This document shows positions 10,502-21,500 of a DNA stretch of 64,000 nucleotides, piece after piece. The stretch lies in IMG/VR virus record IMGVR_UViG_3300048919_000265; one strand, written 5' to 3'. Numbering within the stretch: the stretch's first letter is position 1; each line of letters opens with the position of its first letter. This DNA is from a virus. The notes beneath the pieces are model-generated. The model saw nothing but the letters and a program-made list of their open reading frames with translations. It did not search any database and was not told the DNA's origin. A program made the translations under genes and the position numbers.

Positions 10502-10530
10502 AAAAAGAAAGGGGTGAGTCGCCTCACCCC
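10502..10530 (-). terminator. intrinsic terminator after polA
   Basis: Minus strand GGGGTGAG-GCGA-CTCACCCC followed by TTTCTTTTT; overlaps the polA stop codon. Confidence 0.8.
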
Positions 10531-13500
10531 AGAGTTTCAATGAATTTATCAATTTCTTCCAGATCTACACCCTTGTTAATCTTTATCCAACGGTCACGGG
10601 CAATAGGAGTATTAAATAAAACAGTATAACCAGTTCCGTCCTCTTTATCTAATAAAAAGGACTTGATCTTTTCTATATGCCTTCCTAATGTTACACTTAA
10701 GACCAATTGTTCATTAACAATCTTTACATTCTTATAAGCTGGAGCTTTGCTTATCCACAAACCAGCAACACTCTTGGCAGACGAATTATCAGAATCGAAC
10801 TGAGACAAAAACTCTTCTGTTTCATCAACATCTTCTTCCTCATAAGAAATGTACAATTCTTCTTGGGAATGACCAATATCTTCCTCGTCGAAATCCCAGA
10901 ATTCATCATCAACACGGTCTTCATCTTCGCTCTCACTTGCGAAGTCAAGTTCAACAAATTCGGTGTTGTCAACTCTTACACTTCTTCTGCTGCCGTCTGC
11001 GTAAATGGCTTCCTTGCCTTCACCAAAATAATCAATAATCCAGCTCTCAAACTTAGATATCCAAATATCATCCTCGTCTTCATTATATACTGGACTATTA
11101 ATCTTGAAGAAATCAGCAACATAAGAGCGTACCGTATAATTAGTAAAGTTCTCCATAATATGCGGGATGTTAACTGGAGCCGTATCAATATTTGGCTGCA
11201 ATTCCCGAACAACAGTACCTATTCTTCGTGTAATATAATCCTGTTTATGACGCAAAACATACGACTTCACATCACTCTGATAATCATCATCTCTAAACTC
11301 GCCTTTATCCCAACGCTTAACTGTTTCATCAACAAAATACATAGGAGCCTCATTACTGTCATACTTACAGTCAGCCCAAGTATTACCAATGTTTATTCCG
11401 ATAAAATATTTGGTATGACCTTCGATACTTACAACACAGCTTTCAAACAGCAACTTATACAAATAAAAAGGATGGATACTCTTATGAACACTAAACAGCA
11501 ATTCATCATGTATAAGCATATGCCAAATAATTTTATCCGCAATTCCTTCCTTGACGCATCTACGATAAAATCTCATCAGCACCATGCGGAACAATTCAGC
11601 TGCAAAATTTTGAATAGGATAGTTCCCAGCTGGTCGTTGAATTTTTCCTTTTTTCTTGCTATCTAAGTCTCGCAAGTCAAACAAGCGATAAAATCCTAAC
11701 ACACCTGTGACTTTTCCATATGGTATATCATCCGGATCTTCTTCTTTGACTTTTATAAATTTTTGTGTAGCAGGATCCAACTTAATAGGCTTGATCGCTT
11801 CAGTTTTATACTTATCTAGCATATCAATAATAGGCTTGTTAGCTTTTTTATAGTCATAAAGCATAAACCTTGTCTTAGTAAGATTCTCGTCACTGGCGTC
11901 GCCAAACAAATTCTCAGACATCTTGTGATCACCTAATCCATAAGGTACGCCAAAACTAATCCCCTTGGTCTGCTTACGCAAATACTTATCCACCTTATGC
12001 GCAGGCCTGTTATGCACCTGTGAGGCGGTTTCGGTATGATAATCCTTTTCTGGATTATTCATCTTATCAATTACTGATTTAAATCCTGACAAGCTAGCCA
12101 TAATCCTGTATTCTACCTGACTTTGGTCAAAATCACATAAATAGTAATCATCATTATACGGCTTAACTAGAGCCTTCAAATCACCTTTCATAGTCTGACC
12201 AGGATTCATTATCCGTCTAGTTTCAATACGAGCAAGACTATACCCTTTAAATATCTTACCCTCCAAATTCTGTTTACGGAGAGGCTGATAATAACTGGTC
12301 CATTCTTTATTCAGCTCTGCATATTTTGCTAATACGTAAGCCACTGGATACTTCATACTATTAAACTTGCTAGCTTCAATTAACTTAGTTCTTTTATCAG
12401 GAGGCTTATGCTCATTAGCAGGATCTGTGGAATAAACGTCCTCCTTTAAATTCTTAGTAGGAGTTTTCCATTTATAAGTTTGTAACTTCTTCATTGCAAA
12501 CTTATCAACACTAGGTACCCGTTTCTTCTCGTCCTTTGTCCAACTTTTCTTAGGGTACTCTAAGATATCATAGATGACTCTCCTGATAGCATTACCTTTA
12601 AACTCAAACTCATACTCTGCTTTTTTATCTGGTTTTACTTGACTTTCCAACGAAGCAAATTCCTCTGGTGTAATTTTACCTACTTCTAACTCAGTTAATA
12701 ATACTTTTCTTTTATTACGTGCGTCAACCGCTACACCAACATAGTTATACAAAAATTTGCGTATAACTTTTAAATCCTGTTCAACAATATCAGCTCTTAC
12801 CTTGAGCAGCTCTTCATCTGCGGTCATACCATGGTACTCTGACATATACAGCACATTCATTATATCAACATCTTGTTTACGATACTGGGCAAGCATTTTC
12901 TCGCCCATGAGCTTAGCCAGATGCTGATAAACCAACCTAGTATAATCGGTATCGGCACAACCATACAAAGTTGCGACTCTAATATCTTGAATGTACTTGT
13001 ATTTATCTTCATTTCCCTTCCCTAAGATATCGCTTAACTCCGGGGTCTCGTGGCCAAAAATCTTTCTAGTCAAAGTCTTGAGTTTGTTGCTACCTTTAGC
13101 GACTTTAGGGTTAAGATTAAACGCCATCTGCAAGGTGTCATGTGTCCATTCACTTTTCACACCATAGTGATAGAACACCCTGCCGTCAAATAGTATATTA
13201 TGACCGATCAACATTACGTGGTCGCGGTTATAAGGATAACTCCCCACCACTTCCCAAGTAGCATCATCGTCATCCAACCGTTCAGAATTAGTCCCAAACG
13301 CATGCATCTCTTCTAGCTTCCTAACACCTTTATTAAAATTACCTCGCTTCTCTATCTCAACATCTCCACGAGAAACCTCTAAAAATGCACGAAATCTGTG
13401 AATAACATAGTCCAAAGGAACATTATTAAAGTGCTCCATAGCAATAAATATAACAACACTCTGATTATCGCGCCATGAAACTGGTATCGCTACCAATTCA

Positions 13501-14312
13501 TCAAGTTCCTCATTATCTGCACTCAAGTCGTAGAATATAAAGCCAGTGGTCTCGGTATCGACTCCAAGTTTCAACTTCTCTCCGCGATTTACACAAGCTT
13601 GATACTCTTCCATCAGTGGTTCCATAACAAATTTTTCAAACTCTACAATACTAGTAATTGGACGATAATCTTTAAGCAACGTTCCATCAGCAGCTTCATA
13701 CCAGCTCAAATCTAAGACGTTCTTAAGTTCGTCATAACTAAGACTCTTGGTCGTATGAAAAATCTGCTTACCGACACCTTTGTTTTTAATCTCAAATAAG
13801 TTCAGTTTCTTAGTCGGAACTCTCAAGTTCCAGTCCGCATTAAGGCTTAGCTCAATATCGTCGTATTTTAATTCTAGCTCTGTGTAATGGGCTTGATTAA
13901 CACGTGTAAACTTAAACTGCATCCTATCATCGCGAGCTTCAAAATAATGCAGCATGTCTCCTTGAATATCTTCTTTACGTTGGGTTACCAATTCCGGTGC
14001 AAAATAATAAGCACTGGCATCAGCCAGTGCTTGGATGACTTCAGAGAGAACAACCTTTCGTTTATGCACCATGGTCTTGCCTGAAGTCTTAGCTTTATCT
14101 AAAGCCTCGATAACATACTCTACTGGAATCGGTTTGTTTCTAACAAACCGATCATCCAAAACCATAAATTCTACGGGTTCTCCGGTAACTCTAGTGGCTA
14201 AATCTTTCTCGTGAAGTTCGGATACCAAATACCAAGATATTTTGTTCTTAGTCTCAACCAAAGATAAATAATAAATAGTTCCTTGATATTTCAGAGTGCC
14301 ACCAATCTTCAA
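10524..14312 (-). CDS. polA: family A DNA polymerase with 3'-5' exonuclease, N-terminal extension and acidic C-terminal extension
   Basis: ExoI GVDTETTG, ExoII GHNILFD, ExoIII YGCAD; motif A DFDQSQVEYR, motif B KQTKGISFGVPYG, motif C LIHDEL. No 5'-3' exonuclease motif recognised. Confidence 0.93.
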   Translation of the reverse strand: MKIGGTLKYQGTIYYLSLVETKNKISWYLVSELHEKDLATRVTGEPVEFMVLDDRFVRNKPIPVEYVIEALDKAKTSGKTMVHKRKVVLSEVIQALADASAYYFAPELVTQRKEDIQGDMLHYFEARDDRMQFKFTRVNQAHYTELELKYDDIELSLNADWNLRVPTKKLNLFEIKNKGVGKQIFHTTKSLSYDELKNVLDLSWYEAADGTLLKDYRPITSIVEFEKFVMEPLMEEYQACVNRGEKLKLGVDTETTGFIFYDLSADNEELDELVAIPVSWRDNQSVVIFIAMEHFNNVPLDYVIHRFRAFLEVSRGDVEIEKRGNFNKGVRKLEEMHAFGTNSERLDDDDATWEVVGSYPYNRDHVMLIGHNILFDGRVFYHYGVKSEWTHDTLQMAFNLNPKVAKGSNKLKTLTRKIFGHETPELSDILGKGNEDKYKYIQDIRVATLYGCADTDYTRLVYQHLAKLMGEKMLAQYRKQDVDIMNVLYMSEYHGMTADEELLKVRADIVEQDLKVIRKFLYNYVGVAVDARNKRKVLLTELEVGKITPEEFASLESQVKPDKKAEYEFEFKGNAIRRVIYDILEYPKKSWTKDEKKRVPSVDKFAMKKLQTYKWKTPTKNLKEDVYSTDPANEHKPPDKRTKLIEASKFNSMKYPVAYVLAKYAELNKEWTSYYQPLRKQNLEGKIFKGYSLARIETRRIMNPGQTMKGDLKALVKPYNDDYYLCDFDQSQVEYRIMASLSGFKSVIDKMNNPEKDYHTETASQVHNRPAHKVDKYLRKQTKGISFGVPYGLGDHKMSENLFGDASDENLTKTRFMLYDYKKANKPIIDMLDKYKTEAIKPIKLDPATQKFIKVKEEDPDDIPYGKVTGVLGFYRLFDLRDLDSKKKGKIQRPAGNYPIQNFAAELFRMVLMRFYRRCVKEGIADKIIWHMLIHDELLFSVHKSIHPFYLYKLLFESCVVSIEGHTKYFIGINIGNTWADCKYDSNEAPMYFVDETVKRWDKGEFRDDDYQSDVKSYVLRHKQDYITRRIGTVVRELQPNIDTAPVNIPHIMENFTNYTVRSYVADFFKINSPVYNEDEDDIWISKFESWIIDYFGEGKEAIYADGSRRSVRVDNTEFVELDFASESEDEDRVDDEFWDFDEEDIGHSQEELYISYEEEDVDETEEFLSQFDSDNSSAKSVAGLWISKAPAYKNVKIVNEQLVLSVTLGRHIEKIKSFLLDKEDGTGYTVLFNTPIARDRWIKINKGVDLEEIDKFIETLG

Positions 14313-14327
14313 CCTTTACACCTCGAT

Positions 14328-15110
14328 TCACTCAGCATAGCGCAAATTCAAATTCTGAGCATACTCTTTTTTAGCAAAGCTTCTTACCTTAAGCTTATAA
14401 TTGCTATAACCCTCACTAACGATAACAATTTCACCATCTTGTCGTTCAGCTGTAGTTAATACAAAACTACAGAAACTTTTACCCCTGATAACACTAGTAC
14501 CTTTGGATTGAACACTATTATAATACAATCCTACATACTCTATAATGCTACACGATTCTAGAATCACACTCTTTACAAATTCAAGTAGAAACTCATTCTC
14601 AACTCCATCAGTATGTTCTGGAGTGTCTTTCACAAGACTTGCAATAAAAGCATCTAATTTAGGATCAACACCACACAAACTATCAACAGTGAATCCCAAC
14701 AACCCATCAAAGTTAAACTTCAACAGATTACGTGACAGCACGTCATATCCCTCAATACTACGAACAGCTTGAAGATCCGCACCACACTTACGATGAAGTA
14801 TATAATCCAAACTATCTTCCAAGCTTATGATAGTAGTATACTCTTTAGCATAACGGCAGACTCCCAGTTTCTCAATCTCCAGATGTGAATCTGATATCTT
14901 ACCCATAAACTCAGAATACTCCCGCTCTGAATCCTTAGCAGTTAAAACAGACCTAATGTGATAGTCTTCATCAACAGTACAAGCCACCTGACTTTCATAA
15001 CCACTCAGATCATCAATAACCTCGCAGCCTTTCTTCCTAAGCGATCCAAGCGTTTTGCTTCCTTCCCTAATCAACTTAGATTCACTATATAAATTTACTA
15101 ACAAATTCAT
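14328..15110 (-). CDS. hypothetical protein (260 aa)
   Basis: SD GAGGTG; overlaps the upstream ORF. Confidence 0.75.
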   Translation of the reverse strand: MNLLVNLYSESKLIREGSKTLGSLRKKGCEVIDDLSGYESQVACTVDEDYHIRSVLTAKDSEREYSEFMGKISDSHLEIEKLGVCRYAKEYTTIISLEDSLDYILHRKCGADLQAVRSIEGYDVLSRNLLKFNFDGLLGFTVDSLCGVDPKLDAFIASLVKDTPEHTDGVENEFLLEFVKSVILESCSIIEYVGLYYNSVQSKGTSVIRGKSFCSFVLTTAERQDGEIVIVSEGYSNYKLKVRSFAKKEYAQNLNLRYAE

Positions 15111-15339
15111 TCACCTCACCAAGAATAGGCCGTTCTTCTGTAACAGCAACCTTAACAGCTGTACTAGTTGGAACCTCTACCCATTTCAATTTATCTAGGT
15201 CAAACAAAAATCCATCCCGTACACCACCTACGCTACTCAACATGTCTTCATTAAGTGTGGTTCTGAAAGTGATTGCACTCTTATCTGGATAGATAAAAGT
15301 AATCCACCCATCTCTATGTAGTAAATCATGTGAATCCAC
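15085..15339 (-). CDS. small hypothetical protein, possibly an SH3/Sm-like beta barrel
   Basis: 84 aa; ITFIYPDKS..FRTTL...FLFDLDKLKW is loosely like phage WYL_2/DUF2693 proteins. Confidence 0.55.
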   Translation of the reverse strand: MDSHDLLHRDGWITFIYPDKSAITFRTTLNEDMLSSVGGVRDGFLFDLDKLKWVEVPTSTAVKVAVTEERPILGEVNEFVSKFI

Positions 15340-15360
15340 AAAATCATTCCTTCCCTGCCA

Positions 15361-15630
15361 CTATTTAAACCAGCTGAAAAATTTCTTAGCTGGTTTCAAA
15401 CCTTGTACAAAAAATTCACCATCTTCAATAGATCCCAACACAGTCTGATAACATTTCAGTTCACGTGGGGAAAGAGTACTCTTACGCGACATATTATAAA
15501 GTTTTCGTTTATGCACAATAAAAATAATAGAAGAACTTCCAAATTTAGCTACAACACCTTTGATCATAAACAAGCCTTCCTCCAATCTAGGGCTGGAAAT
15601 AAAATTATCCTTCCCAGCCCTAAAATTCAT
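15361..15630 (-). CDS. hypothetical protein (89 aa)
   Basis: Fills the gap between co-directional genes; overlaps the upstream stop. Confidence 0.65.
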   Translation of the reverse strand: MNFRAGKDNFISSPRLEEGLFMIKGVVAKFGSSSIIFIVHKRKLYNMSRKSTLSPRELKCYQTVLGSIEDGEFFVQGLKPAKKFFSWFK

Positions 15631-18001
15631 CTCTCTGTCCTACGGTCATCTTGTAAGACTTACCATTACGAAACCAAATCCAATACCCATAAACATGTAA
15701 ATACCGCCAAGCCCCTATATGCTCCTTCTTATACAGTTTCCCTTTCCTAAATAAGAACCCGTATTTATCGGTATCACATAATTTTCTAAACCGGTTAAAG
15801 TTTTCAAACTCTGAAGAAGCTGGCTTCCCGCTTCTATAAATGTTAAAGCTTGCTTCTGCAAAAGAACTCTCCGGTAAATCATAAGGATTTTGCTCCACCA
15901 ACCTAAACTTATCATTAAGAGGCGCATACATCGTACTATACAATTCTTCTAGGTACCTGAATAACATTGAAAACTCATCATGCATTTTATTATACAACTT
16001 CACAAGATGTGAATTAATATCCTGTAATTCCCACCCAAAAGGAACATAATAGGACAAGCTAAAGTTATCTTGAAACCACTTGAACTCGTCATTATGTTTT
16101 GGTCTGATTGGCATAGTAAACAGTTCAATATTCTCACTCATAATAAGAAACGCTTTTAACTCTGTAGCAACTGCCTTATTCTTCGCCACGAGATCAATTG
16201 CCTTGGCAACAAACTTAGTGAAATTAGTTATAAAATCAATCGAGCGAAGAAACGAAAGAAACCTATCGCTATCTGTTTTATAAGGATAAATGAAATCGGA
16301 CAACCCATTATAAACCGCTTGTCCCCAATTCTCAACCACAAACTCCTCAAAATTGAAAAGCTCATCAACCTTCCAAAAAATATTATTAACAGTGCTCAAC
16401 ACCTTAGTATCTTGCACATGTTTTAATAACTTTGGTACTATCTTCTCTACCACAACACGGAAACTCTCAGCAAATTCAAACTTATCATGCTTATAATTTC
16501 CAGTCAAACGACCAAGTTTCTGATAAGACCCTGCCACTCGATTAGGATCAAATATCACATCAGACACCTTGCTTTTGATAGCCTGTCGCTTATTATTATA
16601 TTGATCAATCGCATCTTTAATATTAACCAACGGAATTGCTCTCACACCGGAAATCTTTTGACTGGCAATGATATCATCGTAAAATTGGTCGTTCGTCATA
16701 AGCTCGTGTTGATAATTTTCATCCTCTGCACTACGCAGTTCCTTAATCGTAGTGTACAGCTCCTGATACTCTCGGAATGTTTTGTGCCTACGAGTCAATA
16801 GCACGTCTTTAAAAACATCACTAGGAACCCTAAACACATTTATATTCATCTTCTCTAAATACTTAAGTAAGTCTCTAAGAGAAGACATCCCCACAATCAA
16901 AAGTTTGATTCTCGTGTCATTATTCAACCCGTCCTTTGGGTTATAATCTAAATAACTAAAAACAGGTCTTTGATCTCCCCCACGGGAATCTATATAAATC
17001 TGTTTATTTTGTTCCATCATGTTATCTATTACAACCGGTAAATCTTGTGGACCAATTTCATCCCGCAATAAAGGGTCCAACAGAGACAAGATCTTGTCTC
17101 TGTCTTTTGCCTTTGTATAAGCATACTTTTCTGTATTCATACTTATACCATTACTCACTTGGAAATTAATATCCACAAGAGAAGGCTTCCTGTAAACTCC
17201 AGCGTACTCAAAAGCGTTATTATAAATCGCTAAGATTTCATCAAACTTACGCTGAGCCAACTTAAATTTATACCGTGAAAATAAATCATAAAAAACTCGC
17301 TGATTGTGTCTATACATAAAATTAGACACCTGATAAATATCAAACGCTAGCTTATCAAATCCAACGAGATCTTCGAAATATGTAACTTCCACAGTGGTAT
17401 AATCAGCACGACTAAAATCAGAATTATCAAGATTTGTATTAACACCAGTAGTGTTAATAATCTTAGTTAGAAATGAAGACTTTGACTTCATGTAAAATGA
17501 AAAAGCCTTCACAATGAAAGGAACAATACCATTTGTAGAAGCGTCATAACTCCAATCATCACTATACTTCTCCAAGAAATTTGTGGAGAAATCGTGCATA
17601 ATAACTGACCAGTCAGCATCTGAAAAATCAGCACGTTTATTAGAAATATACTTACGAATATCACGCTCTAGTTTAGCCCGCAATTGCTTCTCCACATACT
17701 TGACCTTGCTATACTCATAAGGAAGATTAAAATCATTATAAGTAGTCATAGTCATAGTGAGTTGCTTATTAAACCAGCTAATAAAATCATCCTCAGAACG
17801 TAAATACTTCACATACTCCCGTATTTGATCAAATGTACTTTCTGTAAAAACATTGCGAGATTTTAGAGTGCTAACAATTTCTTCAGCACTTACTGTACGT
17901 AGTGTATTATAGAGATCTGAATCATTGCCTACAATAATCTCAGCAATGTGCTTTAGAACTGGTAAGCTATAACTAGTATTACGACTCTTACCAAATAGCA
18001 C
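15620..18001 (-). CDS. large hypothetical protein (793 aa) with a possible sigma region-2-like segment
   Basis: ORF is clear (SD GGAGGT, GTG start). The sigma-like segment at about residues 112-172 is a weak by-eye match only. Confidence 0.7.
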   Translation of the reverse strand: MLFGKSRNTSYSLPVLKHIAEIIVGNDSDLYNTLRTVSAEEIVSTLKSRNVFTESTFDQIREYVKYLRSEDDFISWFNKQLTMTMTTYNDFNLPYEYSKVKYVEKQLRAKLERDIRKYISNKRADFSDADWSVIMHDFSTNFLEKYSDDWSYDASTNGIVPFIVKAFSFYMKSKSSFLTKIINTTGVNTNLDNSDFSRADYTTVEVTYFEDLVGFDKLAFDIYQVSNFMYRHNQRVFYDLFSRYKFKLAQRKFDEILAIYNNAFEYAGVYRKPSLVDINFQVSNGISMNTEKYAYTKAKDRDKILSLLDPLLRDEIGPQDLPVVIDNMMEQNKQIYIDSRGGDQRPVFSYLDYNPKDGLNNDTRIKLLIVGMSSLRDLLKYLEKMNINVFRVPSDVFKDVLLTRRHKTFREYQELYTTIKELRSAEDENYQHELMTNDQFYDDIIASQKISGVRAIPLVNIKDAIDQYNNKRQAIKSKVSDVIFDPNRVAGSYQKLGRLTGNYKHDKFEFAESFRVVVEKIVPKLLKHVQDTKVLSTVNNIFWKVDELFNFEEFVVENWGQAVYNGLSDFIYPYKTDSDRFLSFLRSIDFITNFTKFVAKAIDLVAKNKAVATELKAFLIMSENIELFTMPIRPKHNDEFKWFQDNFSLSYYVPFGWELQDINSHLVKLYNKMHDEFSMLFRYLEELYSTMYAPLNDKFRLVEQNPYDLPESSFAEASFNIYRSGKPASSEFENFNRFRKLCDTDKYGFLFRKGKLYKKEHIGAWRYLHVYGYWIWFRNGKSYKMTVGQRDEF

Positions 18002-18015
18002 CTAAATACCTCCAA

Positions 18016-18558
18016 TCATAATCGCGTAAAAAGGTAAATTCCAAAACCAACATAAGCTGCCACCACCAAAGCCTTAACATGCCACGGATTCTTCGCAATT
18101 AGTGGTTTAGCTAACAACTTGAGTCCATTACTAATAACAAAATATGATAGCTTTAATGCCAAACCCGTTCCAACAACTACAGCCCTTTGTGCAGAGAACA
18201 TGACCGTTTCAATAACTTGTGCTATACCAGCCTTAACGGTAACCACACCTATCTTATCACTTTTTCCACGGTTACACTCTTTACAACAAGCTACTAGATT
18301 AAAAGGACGATTCATAGCCTTAGCTAAGACACTATTGTTTTTAACAATTTGTCCGTGACGATTCCTCTTCTTCTTAGCAAAAAAGGAAGGAGGGAAGCCA
18401 TGATCGACTTCCACCTTATCCTTGCCAATGAGAGGTTTCCAACACTGAGAACAAAACCAAACCGCCCCAAACAACCCGGGCTTGCGTTTAAAATACTCAG
18501 AACGATAGTCATACTCATCACGCCAATGATCAACGTGTTGCGGATTGCCCACCTGCAC
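18016..18558 (-). CDS. HNH endonuclease-domain protein with hydrophobic C-terminus
   Basis: CSQC...EVDH...NLVACCKECNRGKSDK (HNH with Zn ligands); C-terminal hydrophobic helices. Confidence 0.8.
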   Translation of the reverse strand: MQVGNPQHVDHWRDEYDYRSEYFKRKPGLFGAVWFCSQCWKPLIGKDKVEVDHGFPPSFFAKKKRNRHGQIVKNNSVLAKAMNRPFNLVACCKECNRGKSDKIGVVTVKAGIAQVIETVMFSAQRAVVVGTGLALKLSYFVISNGLKLLAKPLIAKNPWHVKALVVAAYVGFGIYLFTRL

Positions 18559-18563
18559 TCACC

Positions 18564-21500
18564 TCAAAATAACTTCATTTTATCCATCTTTTTATCTTCA
18601 CTATTAACCGTTTCTTCTTCCTTAGTTTCTTCCAAGGTAATATAATCTACAGACTCTTTATTTACGGGTTTTATATCATCAAAACTTAATAGGGCATCAA
18701 GGTCCATAAGACTATCATCCAGCACAATGTTCTGCGTTTCTTGTACTTGAACTAAGCTGGATGCTATTGTACCTTCTAACTCCCTCAGGTTATTATGCTC
18801 CTCATAAACTTCGTTTTTCGTCACCTTCATTTTCTTAGGCAACGACAGTATTTTAGTACGAGATCCAGTCACATCCTGCCCGTAGAATAATGATCCTATG
18901 GCTGACTTACCCGGGCTACGGGTTTGTTGAGTAACAAACAACCCTAAACTATCAGCTAGCTTCTCCCTTGCCATTTCAGTTTCCATACCACTAAAATGAA
19001 TAATAACAGGAGAGCTTCCGTTAATGTCAAACATATACTTCACACTACCGTTACTATTTTGCAAAATATCATTCAGTTCATACGTACGACCCTCTTTAAA
19101 ATTCTCGTCATCAGAATCGAGAACAATACCAAGAGAAGTCTGCAACTTAACAAAAATTTCAAAATGTCTAGCGTTAACTTTTATTTTACTAAGTTCAAAC
19201 GTTCTAAAGTAAAGCTCTAACAAAGCCATTTGTTTAAACCGCAGCACTTGTAAACTTGGACTATTTTCTAATTCTGAAGGAATAATGAATCCTGTTGTGA
19301 GTGGCGAAGTTTCTTCCACATACTCTCCACTTTCCACAATTAATTCATTTGCAGTCTGCAGCATTAGTTCTTCGCCATCGTCGGCTACTAGTCTAACATT
19401 ACCGTCACCGCTAGTGTAATGAACATAACCACTCTTAGGCGGCAAAACAGCACCAGTCAAACCTCTAGGTTTACCAGAATCGAGCAGATTCTTTAGTACA
19501 TCCACACCCTTATTAATGCTCGCCCCTGCTACACCACCTTGGTGAAACAAACTAAGCACCAATTGAGCCGCAGGCTCTCCAATACTCTGCGCTGATTCTA
19601 TACCTACGAGATCGTCTATCTCAGGTAATTTATTAACGTCATAACGCATACCATAACAATGTGCACATACTCCCCCAATACTTCTACAAGAAAGAATTGT
19701 ACGCAATGATATACTATCCAAATTCTCCTGCTCTATATACTTTATAGTAGCAGGGCTTATATAATGCCCTTGCAGCAAACTAGGTAGAGCCTCCGTCTTT
19801 CGACGTAACAAAAGACTCTTCATCAAGCTGTCAAGTTCATAATATAGCTTGAATTCTCCATCTGTAGTCTTAATACGCTTGACCTTATTCTTGATTAAGA
19901 GGTTAACGCATTTCTCATTAATTTCTAGATCCAAACCCAGAAAATTCAATAGCAACTTATTATTGGCATTATCACTAGTATCTAAGTGCTTGCCGAACAA
20001 TGCTTTACTTGCTACAAGTTCCCCACTAGGCCCTATTATCTTATCCGTGAATTTTCCATACCGTAGTTTGAAATCCTCAAATTCAACACCACAGTCATGC
20101 TCTACAATACGCAAACCTGAACTCATATAAACTGCAGTTCTAGTTAACTCACCCGAAATCGCAGTTTCATTCTGGGTACTAGCTACACCAGTTCTGGTCG
20201 AGAATGAGAGCAATAAAGTGTCAAAGCTACTAGTGCCTTTTGCGTAATTACTTAACACTGGCACTTCGAGTGTTTCATTCTTGGACTTTTGGAGAATACC
20301 AATAACACCACAGGCTTGCATTATTTGTCCTTCCGTACCCCGGGCGCCGGAATCAAACATAATAAAGATATTATTGTTACGATCAAAACTAGCTACGAAA
20401 GTCTTGGCTATATTGTCTTTACATCCATTGTAGATTTCGATCAATAAATTTTTGCGGACCTCGTTACTTAGCAACCCTTGATAATAATCACGGTTAACTA
20501 TTTCTGCATACTGTTTTGCTTTCGCAATTTTAGCATGCATAGTAGGATCTTCAACAAAATCCTCCAGGTACAAGGAAATACCACTAATGTCGGAATACTT
20601 AAATCCAAATTCCGATATTGCTTGGAAAACTTGCAAATTTTCGTCTGCGTTCAGATCGTTATAACTCCAAGAGGTAACATCACTCAACGCCACGTAAACT
20701 GGCTCTTTCCTGCTACCGCCATTTCCGGAAACTAACCCATCGAATCTGAGGTCACAATAATTATTTGCATTAATGCCTTCAATTCCTAACACATTAGTAT
20801 AAGGCTCATCTGTAAACCCTAACCCGCTCACTAATAGTCCATTAAACAGCACTCTACCAGCAGTTGACAAATACCTGCGGCCATTGGTACTATAACAAAC
20901 GAGGTCATGCAATGCCAAGAAATCCAAATCAATATCCGTTTCCAGCTGCCCTAAATCTGTGTAAAATCTTAGATTAGACAGAGAATACCTCGAGTCTTTG
21001 GTTATGCTATCCACATTGTTGTGTAACATAGTTGCAAAATAAACACCCAACTTCATGTCTTGCGAATGATCCAAAACAACACTATTGTCCTTAGGATTAA
21101 TAACCCCATACTTAGGACTTAGCTTCTCCATAGCTTCTTCACAAGCTGCATTGTTAACTAATCCGATGATCCACATTTGGTCACCATCATAGTCAGCGTT
21201 ATAACCCTTAGCCACCAATGGATGCAGCTCAATACACTTCTTATTAGTAATAATAGGTGTATAAGCTCTAATATTGAATTTGTGGAGAGAGGGCTGTCTA
21301 CCTGCTAAAACGACTCTAGGTTTAATAACCCATTCATCTGAATTAGGATTCTTATACCCTTCGATATAGGCACTAATAACGCCATAAATCTTATCATAAA
21401 TCTCAATAGCAGAAAGTCCCTTGTTAATCATAACTTTGCCAACTTTGGAACGGAAAGCAGCCATATTACTTCCCATAACCTCTAAAACATGTTCCCATTC

